Part shown: positions 29,632 through 40,377 of the stretch, piece by piece | Layout: each line of letters opens with the position of its first letter | How positions within the stretch are numbered: the stretch's first letter is position 1 | From: a virus | IMG/VR virus record: IMGVR_UViG_3300034121_000940 | Span: 57,673-121,672 of that record | Reading direction: 5' to 3' (one strand) | DNA: 64,000 nt | The notes under the pieces: generated by a model | Databases searched by the model: none | What the model saw: the letters and a program-made list of their open reading frames with translations, nothing else | Told to the model about the DNA's origin: nothing | Made by a program: the position numbers and the translations under genes

Positions 29632-30218
29632 TGGTAGAGATATTTAATAGACTGATAAAAGAGGATCTAATGCCTAATACATACTATGTATTGCATTGTC
29701 TAAAAGAAAAGGTTGTCCCTAATAAATTTGTTAACAAAGATCTAGAAATCAGTAGATTAAAAGCTGGTGATTGGCTTACAGATGATTTGGTATTAACAGC
29801 AAAAAGTCTTATATTTACCGATGAAATCAACAGTTTCTTTAAGAAAACTAAGAAAAAAACAGTTAGTGAACTAATGGGTGAGAACTACATTGACATGATG
29901 TTAGAGTATTTGGAAATCTTTCCAAACAAAAAACTAAATTCAGGTAAACCTGCTAGAGTAAATGTAAAAAACTTAGAAGGAGCATTTAAATGGTTCTTTG
30001 AGACTTATGATTATGATTGGAAAGTAATATTAATGGCAACTGAAAAATATGTATCTGAATATGAAGCTAAAAGGTATGAATACATGAGAAATTCACAATA
30101 TTTTATCCGCAAACAGAACTTGGATAAGTCTTATGAGTCAGATCTGGCTACATATTGTGAACTAGTAGTATCTGGTGCAGATGAAGTTCCTACTTATTTT
30201 AGGGACAACATAGTGTGA
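29625..30218 (+). CDS. putative replication initiator / helicase loader
   Basis: Directly upstream of DnaB; YLEIFPNK...YMRNSQYFI resembles the C-terminus of phage replication proteins. Confidence 0.45.
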   Translation: MVMVEIFNRLIKEDLMPNTYYVLHCLKEKVVPNKFVNKDLEISRLKAGDWLTDDLVLTAKSLIFTDEINSFFKKTKKKTVSELMGENYIDMMLEYLEIFPNKKLNSGKPARVNVKNLEGAFKWFFETYDYDWKVILMATEKYVSEYEAKRYEYMRNSQYFIRKQNLDKSYESDLATYCELVVSGADEVPTYFRDNIV

Positions 30219-30238
30219 TCAATTTTTAAAATCCACAT

Positions 30239-31246
30239 ATGTCAAATTTATTTAATGGAGCAAGACCTTTGCTACCTGTTAGTGAAAGGCAGTCCGTAGA
30301 AAAAGCTATTTTTAAAATTAGAGCCAGGAGACAAGGTACATTAAAATCCTTAAAGAGTGCCTGGCCTAAATTTAATGATGCTTTCTGTGATGGTCTTGAA
30401 TGGAGAACAATAACCGTAGTTGGTGCCAGACCTGGAACTGGTAAAACTTTATTTATGGAGCAGTTAATAACTGATATTATTGCAAACAATAATGACCAAT
30501 ATTTTAGAGTTTTGAAGTTTCAGATGGAGATGGTAGATGAAACTAGCGGTGTAAGAAAACTGAGTCTGATTACAAGTGCTGATTACAACACATTAATGAG
30601 TAAGGACGGAAAACTTGTAGATAAGAGAATCTATGATGAATGCGTTAGGTATTACCAAGGAATGCAAGCAATGGATAGAATTAATGTTATCTATGATGCA
30701 TGTACTGTGGATGAAATGTGTGCAACAATACATTATGAAATGGAGAAGTACAAAAATGATGATGGTACTTTTAATAATATGTTAGTTGCAATAGATCACT
30801 CTGCATTATTTAAAGTTGGTAAGGGACAGAAAGACAAATTTGATATGCTAGGAAGCTTAGGTGAGGCTCTCACTATGATGAAAAAGAAATATCCTATAGC
30901 ATTTATTGTATTAAGTCAGCTTAACAGAAACATAGATGATCCTAAAAGACAAGAAGAAGGTACTTATGGTAATTATGTGCTAGATTCTGATATTTACGGG
31001 TCTGATGCTTTACTACAACATGCTGATGTGGTTATGGGTATTAATAAACCTTCTGTAAGAAAGTTAAGGTTATATGGTCCTGAGAAATTTATTATTCAGG
31101 ATGAAGATATTCTAGTGTTTCATTTCCTTAAATCAAGGAATGGTACTACTAGGATTAGCTTCTTTAAACTTGATAGAACTACTATGAGGATTATAGAAGT
31201 ACCAACACCCCCAACAGCAACTAAACCAAAAATTTCAACAGTATGA
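30239..31246 (+). CDS. DnaB-like replicative helicase
   Basis: GARPGTGKT, QMEM, IDH, LSQLNR, SD...QHADVV and KSRNG. Confidence 0.92.
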   Translation: MSNLFNGARPLLPVSERQSVEKAIFKIRARRQGTLKSLKSAWPKFNDAFCDGLEWRTITVVGARPGTGKTLFMEQLITDIIANNNDQYFRVLKFQMEMVDETSGVRKLSLITSADYNTLMSKDGKLVDKRIYDECVRYYQGMQAMDRINVIYDACTVDEMCATIHYEMEKYKNDDGTFNNMLVAIDHSALFKVGKGQKDKFDMLGSLGEALTMMKKKYPIAFIVLSQLNRNIDDPKRQEEGTYGNYVLDSDIYGSDALLQHADVVMGINKPSVRKLRLYGPEKFIIQDEDILVFHFLKSRNGTTRISFFKLDRTTMRIIEVPTPPTATKPKISTV

Positions 31247-31929
31247 GTGTAACAACAGTAAGAAAAACAAGGGAGAAAGAGTTTTATGTGAATCACATAG
31301 AAACTTTTAAGAAAATAGGAGAGTCTGATCCTATGTTCTTGATTAAAACAGCCTTTTTTCAAAAAGGTAAGTATGGTAGACAAGTTCAGTTCTTTGAAAG
31401 TGAGTTGTCAAAAGGACAAGACATTTATGTAGAGTTCTATGACAATGTAACTGATAATTCAGGAACTGTAGTTGATATTAAACCATTCTATGAAAACAGA
31501 CAATTATTTAGATATAGATACAATCCTTTCTATTCTGAAGAATATGATAAAAAAAGTGGTGTATCTTCAACAGGATCTGACTATTCATTATTCACAGTTC
31601 CATTACAAGAATTAGTAGCTGTTAATCCTGATGGATCTACACTTAGCTATGGTTTGTTTGAGAAAAGACTTGCTGAGATTGAAGAAAAGAAAAAAGCTGG
31701 TGATTTTGATATAGATTTACCAAGACTTCAGAATTCTTTAGTTAATAATAGTGACTTTCCAGATTTCACAGAAGGTTTATCAACAAGACCTGCAACAGTA
31801 GAAGAAAGTTTAGCTACAACTTATAAAGATCCTTTAATGAGTGAGATGACTATTCAGGATTTTGCTGCAATCATGTGGAAAAAACCTGTAAGTAACAAGC
31901 AATGGTTAAATGATTTAATTAGTAAGTAA
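31243..31929 (+). CDS. hypothetical protein in the replication module
   Basis: Overlapping start/stop codons with neighbours. Confidence 0.7.
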   Translation: MSVTTVRKTREKEFYVNHIETFKKIGESDPMFLIKTAFFQKGKYGRQVQFFESELSKGQDIYVEFYDNVTDNSGTVVDIKPFYENRQLFRYRYNPFYSEEYDKKSGVSSTGSDYSLFTVPLQELVAVNPDGSTLSYGLFEKRLAEIEEKKKAGDFDIDLPRLQNSLVNNSDFPDFTEGLSTRPATVEESLATTYKDPLMSEMTIQDFAAIMWKKPVSNKQWLNDLISK

Positions 31930-32651
31930 TGAGTATAGTACTTCCAACTACAAAGGTAAAGGCTCAGAGAGCTAATCCTAAAAGATTGGTTATTTATTCA
32001 AAACCAAAAACAGGTAAAACTACTTGTTATGCTGGTCTTGAGAATAATTTAATCTTAGATTTAGAACATGGTGCAGATTTTATTGAAGCATTGAAAGTTC
32101 CTATTACTAGTTTACAGGAGTTATTGGATACAGGTAAAGCTATTAGAGAAGCTAATAAGCCTTACAAGTATATTACTATAGATACTGTAACAGCATTAGA
32201 AGAAATGGTGATTCCATTAGCAATAAAACTTTATCGCCAAACACCATTAGGAAAAAATTTTGAAGGAGACACTATTTTAAACTTACCAATGGGTCAAGGT
32301 TATATGTATTTAAGACAAGCTTTCTTTCAAGTTTTAGATTTTGTTGATAGCTTAGCTGATCATATTATACTTTCTGGGCATATAAAAGATGCTCAAGTTG
32401 ATGATAAAGGTGAGCTTGTTATGGCTGCTAATATAGATTTGACAGGTAAAATAAAAAGTTTGATTTGTGCAAATGCTGATGCTATTGGTTACTTACATCG
32501 CAAAGGAGCTCAAACTATTTTATCTTTTAAATCAAAAGATGAAGTAACATGTGGTGCTAGACCAGACCACTTGAGAAATAAAGAAATAGTAATAGCAGAT
32601 TCCTCTGAAGGTCCATTAAAGATTTCTTGGGATGAAGTATATGTAAAATAA
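31929..32651 (+). CDS. AAA_24 / Sak4-like recombination ATPase
   Basis: YSKPKTGKTT, LDLEHG, IDTVT, LSGH and ADAIGY. Confidence 0.8.
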   Translation: MSIVLPTTKVKAQRANPKRLVIYSKPKTGKTTCYAGLENNLILDLEHGADFIEALKVPITSLQELLDTGKAIREANKPYKYITIDTVTALEEMVIPLAIKLYRQTPLGKNFEGDTILNLPMGQGYMYLRQAFFQVLDFVDSLADHIILSGHIKDAQVDDKGELVMAANIDLTGKIKSLICANADAIGYLHRKGAQTILSFKSKDEVTCGARPDHLRNKEIVIADSSEGPLKISWDEVYVK

Positions 32652-32684
32652 AAAAGTAAGTTTAATAATTAAAAGTAAAAAAAG

Positions 32685-33365
32685 ATGGCTTTAAGTACAA
32701 CAGATTTGGGAACAGGCTCAGGGATGCCTAAAACAATTACACCAGGTAATCATGTTTTAAAAATTAATTCTATTCACTTAGAAGAGTTTACATTTATAGA
32801 TGGTGCTTATCACTTGATGTTAAATGTAGAAACTCCTGCTATTGATGACTTTGAAGGTTTTATGATTGACAAAGATGATGAAAGTAAAGGACGCTATGCT
32901 GGTCAAATTGGTAGATTAAAAGCATCTCAGTATGCATTTGCTGATGGTGAAACTAAGTCTGGTATTAAAATTCAGAGAGATAGATCAATCATGATCTTCT
33001 TAAAGAACTTAGCACATACATATGGTATTGATGAGTGGTTTATTGCTCAAGATAACAAGTTTGACACTATTGAAGACTTTGTTAAACACTTCAGTGAAAA
33101 TGCTCCAATCAAAGATAAGTATCTTAAATGGTGTGTAGGTGGTAAAGAGTATATGGGTAAAACTGGTTATACTAACTATGATTTATATTTACCAAAAGGT
33201 GAAGGAACTAAATATGCTTATGGTGATGCTGAAGGAGGTAAAGTTCTTGAGTATAATGAGGCTAAACACCTTAAAAAACTTGAAGTAACTGAGAAGAAAG
33301 AATTTGGTGCTGATGATGATTTATCTATCCCAAGCAAGAATGCTGCAGACTTCAGCTTAGATTAA
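32685..33365 (+). CDS. putative single-stranded DNA-binding protein
   Basis: Follows the Sak4-like gene; PGNHVLKI N-terminus; acidic-aromatic tail (ADFSLD). Confidence 0.55.
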   Translation: MALSTTDLGTGSGMPKTITPGNHVLKINSIHLEEFTFIDGAYHLMLNVETPAIDDFEGFMIDKDDESKGRYAGQIGRLKASQYAFADGETKSGIKIQRDRSIMIFLKNLAHTYGIDEWFIAQDNKFDTIEDFVKHFSENAPIKDKYLKWCVGGKEYMGKTGYTNYDLYLPKGEGTKYAYGDAEGGKVLEYNEAKHLKKLEVTEKKEFGADDDLSIPSKNAADFSLD

Positions 33366-33382
33366 AAGTAACAACTTTTGAG

Positions 33383-33409
33383 AAAGGGAGTCTCAGTGCT
33401 CCCTTTTTT
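33383..33409 (+). terminator. intrinsic terminator
   Basis: AAAGGGAG-tctcagtg-CTCCCTTT then T-run. Confidence 0.7.
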
Positions 33410-33427
33410 ATTCTTAAAATTTTTGGT

Positions 33428-34402
33428 ATGATTTCAACAAAAGCAGTTATACATGACTTAAACCAAGTTCCTAGAGAATGGGTGTTTGAGTTCTATCTTA
33501 ACTTAACAGAAAAGTTAACAGGACAAGATCTTAAAATCAAGTCAGTATTCTCTAATGAGAAAACTCCATCATTTTGTATTTATCCAAATAAAATGGGTCA
33601 GTATTCATTTAAAGATTTCTCATCCGGTAAGTCTGGTGATGCTATTGAGTTTGTAATGCAATATTTTAATCTTGAATCTAGAGGTGTTTCTGTTAGAAAA
33701 ATAATGGATGACTATTCTGATTACATAAGCAAGAATGATATCACTCCTAGAGAATATAAACCTGAGAGTAGATATGAAGTTTCTGATTATGAGATCAGAC
33801 ACTGGAATAATCTTGATGAGGATTTCTGGATGAGTTATAAGATAGGTTCTAAAGTATTAGATGAGTATAATGTTCAACCACTAAAGTATTTTATACTTAG
33901 TAAGACTGATAGTGAAGGTGCTGTAAAAGAGCTCCGGTTTGAAAACAATTATACCTATGGCTATTTCAAGAATGATGGTACATTGTATAAAATCTATCAG
34001 CCTAAAAACAAGGTGAGTAAATTCATCAAAGTATCTGATTACATTCAAGGTTCTGAGCAGGTTACATTTCAAGCTAAGTATTTAGTAGTAACTAAATCTC
34101 TGAAAGATATCATGTCTTTTAAAACTCTTGGTATTGGTAATGTAGAAACAATTGCACCAGATAGTGAGAATACAGTTATTGCAGAAAATCTTATGAAGAA
34201 GTATATTCATAAGTATGCTAAAATCATATTGATTTTTGACAATGATGAGCCTGGTATTGAAGCAGCTAAAACTTACAAGAAAAGATATGGTTTTGACTAT
34301 CTTATACTACCATATGAGAAAGATATATCTGATACTGTAAGAGCAAGAGGTATTCAAGAAACAAGAAACATAGTATTCAAATCAATAAAAGCACTATTAT
34401 GA
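33428..34402 (+). CDS. DNA primase (TOPRIM), Zn-finger ligands degenerate
   Basis: EKTPSF...FKDFSSGKSGDAIEFV; KSLKD; IFDNDEPG; KDISD. Confidence 0.8.
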   Translation: MISTKAVIHDLNQVPREWVFEFYLNLTEKLTGQDLKIKSVFSNEKTPSFCIYPNKMGQYSFKDFSSGKSGDAIEFVMQYFNLESRGVSVRKIMDDYSDYISKNDITPREYKPESRYEVSDYEIRHWNNLDEDFWMSYKIGSKVLDEYNVQPLKYFILSKTDSEGAVKELRFENNYTYGYFKNDGTLYKIYQPKNKVSKFIKVSDYIQGSEQVTFQAKYLVVTKSLKDIMSFKTLGIGNVETIAPDSENTVIAENLMKKYIHKYAKIILIFDNDEPGIEAAKTYKKRYGFDYLILPYEKDISDTVRARGIQETRNIVFKSIKALL

Positions 34403-34839
34403 GTAAACCAATAGATTTTTGGACATATGAAGGAAAAGCATTTAAAGAATCTGATATTCCAGAAGGAGCTATTGGCTTTATTTACATTATGACAGCTATA
34501 ATAGATGGTAAGTCTGTTTCTTATATTGGCAAGAAAAATTTCTTTGCCAATATAAAAAGACCGTTAGGAAAGAAAGCTCTTGCCGTAACTACTGATAAGA
34601 GACTTAAAAAGTACAGTATGGTTATTAGACCAGACTTTCTTAATTACTATAGCTCTAATAAAATACTGAAAGAAGCACATAAAATGGGAGTAAATATTAA
34701 GAGAGAAATACTTAGAATATGTTACTCAGGTATGGAGCTTACTTATCAGGAAACAAAACACCAATTTGTACATGAAGTGTTAGAAAAAGAAGAATTTCTT
34801 AATGGAAATATCTTAGGTAGATTTTATAAAGTAAAATAG
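34399..34839 (+). CDS. GIY-YIG-like nuclease (free-standing)
   Basis: GFIYI...SYIGKK...YYSS...REIL...E pattern. Confidence 0.7.
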   Translation: MSKPIDFWTYEGKAFKESDIPEGAIGFIYIMTAIIDGKSVSYIGKKNFFANIKRPLGKKALAVTTDKRLKKYSMVIRPDFLNYYSSNKILKEAHKMGVNIKREILRICYSGMELTYQETKHQFVHEVLEKEEFLNGNILGRFYKVK

Positions 34840-34946
34840 ACTATGAAAACACTTAAATGCATTTATAGGTATTTAGCTTTTATTGAAAAGCATGTTAAAA
34901 AATGTAGAGAAAATTCTCTATTTGGTAAAATGTAAAAAATAAACTG

Positions 34947-35363
34947 ATGGAAAAATTCTTATTTGGAAAAGAAGAATGTAAGAATCTGATTGCAATGATT
35001 AAGTCACCTGATGAAAGTAACCATGAAATGGCAAAAACAATATTAGAATCCCTTGACATTGAAGATAATCTTCAGTGGGTTTTTATCATTATCGTATTTG
35101 CTGGTAAGTCTGAAAGATTCTGGATGCATAATAATTTCTATACTAATCTCACAAAAAGATTTGGTAGTTTTCTCCAAGCTTCTTTAGATAACAGAACAAT
35201 GAGTTTGACACTCTTGAATACTGTTTTACCTAATGAAGTAAAGTTGAAGTCTCCTTATGTAGAGTTATATTTTGAATTATACTTTCTAGAAATGAAAAAG
35301 AGTCTGAATCAATATGGGTATGATTTTGTAAATGAAATTCAAATAAAAGCAAAAGATGAATAA
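34947..35363 (+). CDS. hypothetical protein with the MxxSxDxxNxxMAxxIL motif
   Basis: Overlaps the start of the vWA gene. Confidence 0.65.
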   Translation: MEKFLFGKEECKNLIAMIKSPDESNHEMAKTILESLDIEDNLQWVFIIIVFAGKSERFWMHNNFYTNLTKRFGSFLQASLDNRTMSLTLLNTVLPNEVKLKSPYVELYFELYFLEMKKSLNQYGYDFVNEIQIKAKDE

Positions 35364-37758
35364 AGTAGATTTACTAAGCAAGGCCAGTAAGGACCTTATG
35401 CTTAAAGAGCCGTATTATGGCTATTTTCTAATCCAGCTTAACAAGCATTGGAGAAATGACATTCCTACAGCAGGAGTTAGTAAGAATGGAATTAACTACC
35501 AGTTAGCAATTAATGAAACTTTCTGGTGTGAATTGACGGATCTACATAGATTAGGTTTGTTAAAACATGAGCTATTACACATTGCATTTGGTCACTTAAC
35601 AGCTTATCACAGTTTTGCTGATAGAAGAATGGCCAATATTGCAATGGATTAATTCCTAGTCCCGCTATACAGTAATGTATAGTTGAAAGCTTTAAATTGA
35701 CGGGAAGTTCCTAAAGCTTTATCTACCAAGTATAGGTGGTGACACACTATATGGCTGAAGTAATTACTCAGGTATGGTAAAAAAGATAAAGATGTCTAAA
35801 TGGATAATCCGCAGCCAAAGTTCTTTAAAATGTTTGTGTAATAGAAATTAATTAGTATATTTGTTTTTATGAGACAAAAATTATTAATCACAGATGATAT
35901 TATACAGCAATTATATGCAACAGGTTTAAGTTGTCAAAAAATTGCAAATAAATTAAATTGCTCAGAAAGTTATATTAACAAAAAACTCAAGAGCTTGAAT
36001 ATTACTAAAAGATCTAATTCTGTTTATAGAAAAAGATCATGGAATGAAAACTTTTTTAATACAATAGACACTGAAGAAAAAGCATATTGGCTTGGTTTTT
36101 TATATGCAGATGGTTGTGTACATGATACACCTAATGGTCAAAAGTTAATTACTTTATGTGTGAAAGATAAAGAAGTGATTGAAAAGTTTATTAAATCTAT
36201 TAAGGGTGATTTTGTAGTTAAAGAATACAATAATGTATATGGTATATATTTAACAAGTAAAATCATGTTTAATGACTTATGTAAACTTGGTTGTATTCCA
36301 AGAAAATCTTTAAATCTTAAATTTCCTGATATCAATAATGATTATATAAATCATTTTATAAGAGGTTATTTTGATGGAGATGGTACAGTATTTATCTGTA
36401 ATCCTAAAAATTACAACAATACAAATACTGTTTATAAATCAATCGGTATTGGAATATGTGGAACATATGAAATGTTAAGTATTTTATCAAAACATGCTCC
36501 AATTAATTTTCCAAAAAAAGATAAAAGAAAACTTAGTAATATTTGGTATTCTTCTACATTTGGTACAAATAAAGCATTAACTTTTTATAATTATTTATAC
36601 AATGATGCTACTATTTGGTTAGATAGAAAAAAGAATAAATTTGAAAATTATTTTAAAGAAAGAGGTTCAGAGACTACAATAAGCCACCCTACTGGGGTGA
36701 AGGTATAGTCCGATCTGCAGGGAAACTTGCAGCTAACATAAATGATGGAGATTAACCAGTACATTGATTGTGCGTGGTTACCTGGTGGTGAGCATACAGC
36801 AGATGAATTTGCTAAAATTAAAGCAAAAGTCATGAGTGAGTATGATCAAGCAACAGCTAATGGAGCTACACCAGAAGAATTAAAAGAGATTATGTCTAAG
36901 TTGCCTCCAAGAGGTATAATGATTGATGATTATCATGAGTTGAATCTTGATACAAAGGCAGGTACTAAATACTACTATAAGAAGCTGAAAGAGGCTCAGG
37001 AGAAGAAAGAACAAACCGGTAGTTCTGGTTCAGCAGCTATGGATCAATTGCTTGATGAAATGGAGCAAGGTAATGGTCCTGGTTATGATCATAGTACATG
37101 GGATGAATTTGAAGGCATAGGTGAGACAGAACAGAAACTTATGGACCGTCAGATTCAGAGAATTCTTACTGAAGCTAAGGAACAAACTGAAAAGAAAAGA
37201 GGTTATGTTCCTGGAGAAATGTCTGCTCTTATTAAAGTAGAAGAATTTGTAAAACCAAAATTTGATTGGAGAGGTTATGTAAGAAGATTTACTGGTACAA
37301 GTACAAAAGTATATACCAAGAAACTTCAGAGAAAGGAAAACAGAAGATTTCCGGCTTTTCCAGGTCTAAAAATTAAAATGCGTCAACACATCTTATTAGC
37401 TATTGATACTTCAGGTTCAGTAAGTGATTCAGAGTTAAAAGAGTTTATGAATGAGATTCATCACATTTATAAAACAGGTGTTGATATTACTATTATCCAA
37501 TGTGATACAAAAATCAACAGTATTGAGCCCTATAAAGGCAAGAATGATTTGAATATTGTTGGTAGAGGTGGGACTGAATTTGATCCCGTCCTAGAGTATT
37601 ATGATGCAAACATCAGAAAGTTTACAAGTTTAATATACTTTACTGATGGTGAGTGTTATACAAGTATAAAGCCAAAAGGCAAAATATTGTGGGTATTATC
37701 TGAAAGATCAGACATGAATGATAGATTACCAGGCAAAGTTATTAAGTTAGAGTTATAA
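35356..37758 (+). CDS. metallopeptidase-like + vWA protein (DUF2201 type), spliced: exons 35356-35649 and 36745-37758, 435 aa
   Basis: HELLH; joining restores ANIAMD|MEINQYI; MIDAS DTSGS, GRGGTEF and YFTDG. Confidence 0.88.
35833..35863 (+). promoter_or_regulatory. Bacteroidota sigma-A promoter for the intron endonuclease
   Basis: TTTG-N19-TATATTTG, 5 nt before ATG 35869. Confidence 0.65.
35869..36708 (+). CDS. intron-encoded LAGLIDADG homing endonuclease with an N-terminal HTH
   Basis: YWLGFLYADG and FIRGYFDGDG motifs. Confidence 0.9.
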   Translation: MRQKLLITDDIIQQLYATGLSCQKIANKLNCSESYINKKLKSLNITKRSNSVYRKRSWNENFFNTIDTEEKAYWLGFLYADGCVHDTPNGQKLITLCVKDKEVIEKFIKSIKGDFVVKEYNNVYGIYLTSKIMFNDLCKLGCIPRKSLNLKFPDINNDYINHFIRGYFDGDGTVFICNPKNYNNTNTVYKSIGIGICGTYEMLSILSKHAPINFPKKDKRKLSNIWYSSTFGTNKALTFYNYLYNDATIWLDRKKNKFENYFKERGSETTISHPTGVKV

Positions 37759-37775
37759 ATTATTAAAAAAAAGTT

Positions 37776-38945
37776 ATGAGCCAAGTTCAATTAAACCTAG
37801 ATGAGTTAAAAGATTTCGTAAAGTATATGGTTACTAATAACCAACATATTCAAGCTAACGGTAAAGTTCCTGTAGCAGTGAATATAGAAGGTGATGCAGG
37901 TTTGGGTAAAACTTCATCAGTAAAACAGTTAGCTGCAGAGCTTAACATGGATATTATCAGATTAAATTTAGCAGAGTTTGAGGAATTGGGTGACTTAGTA
38001 GGTTTTCCCGTTAAAGAATTTGAGATTGCAAATGCAGAAGGTAAAACTACCTGGATTAATGAGCATCAGATTGATGCAGCAATGAAGAAAGGTTACAAAG
38101 TAATTAATAAGAGAATGGCTCATGCAGCTCCTGAATGGATTCAAGGTAGAGGTGAAGGTGGTTTCTTAATCTTAGATGACTATACCAGAGCTGACCATAG
38201 ATTTATGCAAGCTACCATGACTTTGATTGATGAGCAAGCATATGCTTCTTGGAAATTACCTAAGAACTGGCATATTTTATTGACTACCAATCCAGATAAT
38301 GGTGATTATAATGTAACTTCATTAGATATTGCTCAAAAGACTAGATTTATTTCTACAGAAGTAAAATTTGATGTTAATATCTGGGCTAAGTGGGCAGAGA
38401 AAGCTAGTATTGACAGTAGATGTATTAACTTCTTATTGATGAATCCAGAATTAGTTTCTCAAAGAATTAATCCAAGGATGATTACTACTTTCTTTAACTC
38501 TATTAGTTCTATCCAAGATTTTGCTAAGAACTTACCAATCATCCAAATGATTGGTGAAGGTTCTGTTGGTAATGATTTTGCTTCTATGTTTACTATGTTT
38601 ATCAATAACAAACTAGATAAAATCATTGGTCCAAAAGATATCTTTGAGAAAGATGAGCAGTATGTGTTAAATACACTTAAAGCTGCTGTAGGAGATGGTG
38701 AAGATTTCCGAGCTGATTTATCTAGTGTAATTGCAACAAGGGTTGTCAACTATGGTTTAACTTTTGCTGAGAAGAATACTGTGTCTCAACCAATGGTTCA
38801 AAGATTAATTAAACTTACTACTGAGTGTGATTCTTTTACTGATGACTTGAGATATTATATTATCAAGGAATTAATCAATGGTAACAAAGTTAAATTTGCT
38901 CCATTAATGATGAATGCTAATGTAGTAAAGATGTCAGTAAAATAA
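37776..38945 (+). CDS. MoxR-like AAA+ ATPase, partner of the vWA protein
   Basis: GDAGLGKT, GDLVGFP, LILDDYTRA, TTNP and LD.AQ..RF. Confidence 0.85.
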   Translation: MSQVQLNLDELKDFVKYMVTNNQHIQANGKVPVAVNIEGDAGLGKTSSVKQLAAELNMDIIRLNLAEFEELGDLVGFPVKEFEIANAEGKTTWINEHQIDAAMKKGYKVINKRMAHAAPEWIQGRGEGGFLILDDYTRADHRFMQATMTLIDEQAYASWKLPKNWHILLTTNPDNGDYNVTSLDIAQKTRFISTEVKFDVNIWAKWAEKASIDSRCINFLLMNPELVSQRINPRMITTFFNSISSIQDFAKNLPIIQMIGEGSVGNDFASMFTMFINNKLDKIIGPKDIFEKDEQYVLNTLKAAVGDGEDFRADLSSVIATRVVNYGLTFAEKNTVSQPMVQRLIKLTTECDSFTDDLRYYIIKELINGNKVKFAPLMMNANVVKMSVK

Positions 38946-39036
38946 ACAGGACTAACCAGTTCCCTGTAAACACAACTAACTTAATTATTAACTATGATAG
39001 GGGTGGATTACATCCCTATCTTTTTATGTTTAAAAA

Positions 39037-40377
39037 ATGAAAGCAAATATTTATATAGAAATAGATAATAGTGGTAACTTAACTACTAAACTTAAACACT
39101 TTGTCAATAGTGCAAAACCATTGTTTAATATTCAAGATATAGATTTTCAACCAAAGAAAGGTGATAAAATGTATATTTTACCAGGTGTTAACATCCCTAG
39201 AGTAAAAGTAAAACAGTTTAATGAAGAAAATGGTACTAAGACTATTAGAGATTTGAAAACTGCAGATTATATCTTTGGTTCTGATAGAACACAGAATGAG
39301 TATTTTGATGCAAGAGGTAATCATTGGATTTACAAGATGCCTGCATCTGATATTGAGCAGTTGATGGTTTATTTTACAAGTGAATTAGGGTGTGATCCAA
39401 CTGATGTAGCAGATTTAAGAGACATAATTGAAGCTCACAAAACAGTTGAAGAAAATTTAGAAATTTACTACAACTATACAACCATGAATAATTTAAGAGA
39501 TGTCAAAAATAGGCGTAATCTTAAAATTCATGAAAACTATGATGACTCAAATACTTATCATATGATTGATCCTGAGTTTCTTGAAGAAGTTGAAATGTTA
39601 GAAACTTTAACAATTTATAATGTTAATGCTCTGATAAATGCCGTTAATTGTAAGAATGTGACAATTGATTATGAGATGTTTGGTCAGTTAAAAAACATGT
39701 TTGAAAGTAATGACATAGATAATCATGTCTTAGCAATGGAGATCATGGCTAACTCAAATATTATTGAAAGTTTACTTTTCATTGAAATGCTGTTTAAAGA
39801 ACATAGTTATCAGATGTATGGCAGTCACACAAGAAACCATGTAAACTTTAAAAGTTTATGTAACACAATTGGTAAAGATAGCTATAGATTTGTAACAGGT
39901 ATTGATGATGTAGTTAAATCTTTGAGAACATTTAATGTACTTACAGCTGATAAATTAGATATCTTAATGAAGCATTATCATGAAGAAATCATGAGAAATG
40001 GTGATTCTACATTCTTTAAAGTTAAGACTATTACTGTTGCAGATAATGTGCATGAGATTCTAAATCAGAACTATACATATACTGTTAAAGATGATTATCA
40101 ACCTATAGCTCAAGATGAAGAAGAAGTTGTTGTAGAAGAAGTTTTAGAAGAAGAGCTTGTTGAAGCTGTAAACACTGAAAGTTTAAACATAGAAAGTGTA
40201 GAAGAAGAACCATCTTTTGAATTATCAGATGTAAATGTAGTTGAAGAACCGGTTACTGAAACAGTTGAAGAAGTGGTAGAAGAACCTCAAGATGTTGTTG
40301 AGACTATTCAAGAAGAAGTTATTGTTGAACCTAATAAAGAAGAAGAAAGTGGAGACACAGAAATTGATTGGTTCTAA
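39037..40377 (+). CDS. hypothetical protein with a possible BRCT-like N-terminus and an acidic tail
   Basis: PRVKVK......KTIRD...ADYI; MFESNDIDNHVLAMEIM motif; E/V-rich C-terminus. Confidence 0.65.
   Translation: MKANIYIEIDNSGNLTTKLKHFVNSAKPLFNIQDIDFQPKKGDKMYILPGVNIPRVKVKQFNEENGTKTIRDLKTADYIFGSDRTQNEYFDARGNHWIYKMPASDIEQLMVYFTSELGCDPTDVADLRDIIEAHKTVEENLEIYYNYTTMNNLRDVKNRRNLKIHENYDDSNTYHMIDPEFLEEVEMLETLTIYNVNALINAVNCKNVTIDYEMFGQLKNMFESNDIDNHVLAMEIMANSNIIESLLFIEMLFKEHSYQMYGSHTRNHVNFKSLCNTIGKDSYRFVTGIDDVVKSLRTFNVLTADKLDILMKHYHEEIMRNGDSTFFKVKTITVADNVHEILNQNYTYTVKDDYQPIAQDEEEVVVEEVLEEELVEAVNTESLNIESVEEEPSFELSDVNVVEEPVTETVEEVVEEPQDVVETIQEEVIVEPNKEEESGDTEIDWF

Larger units (their letters stand above)
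35650..36744 (+). mobile_element. group I intron (1095 nt) in the vWA gene
   Basis: P1 GGAU|UA...UAGUCC with a U-G pair at the splice site; AATTGACGGGAA, AATCCGCAGCCAA, GTTCAGAGACTA and GGTATAGTCC core; terminal G. Confidence 0.9.
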
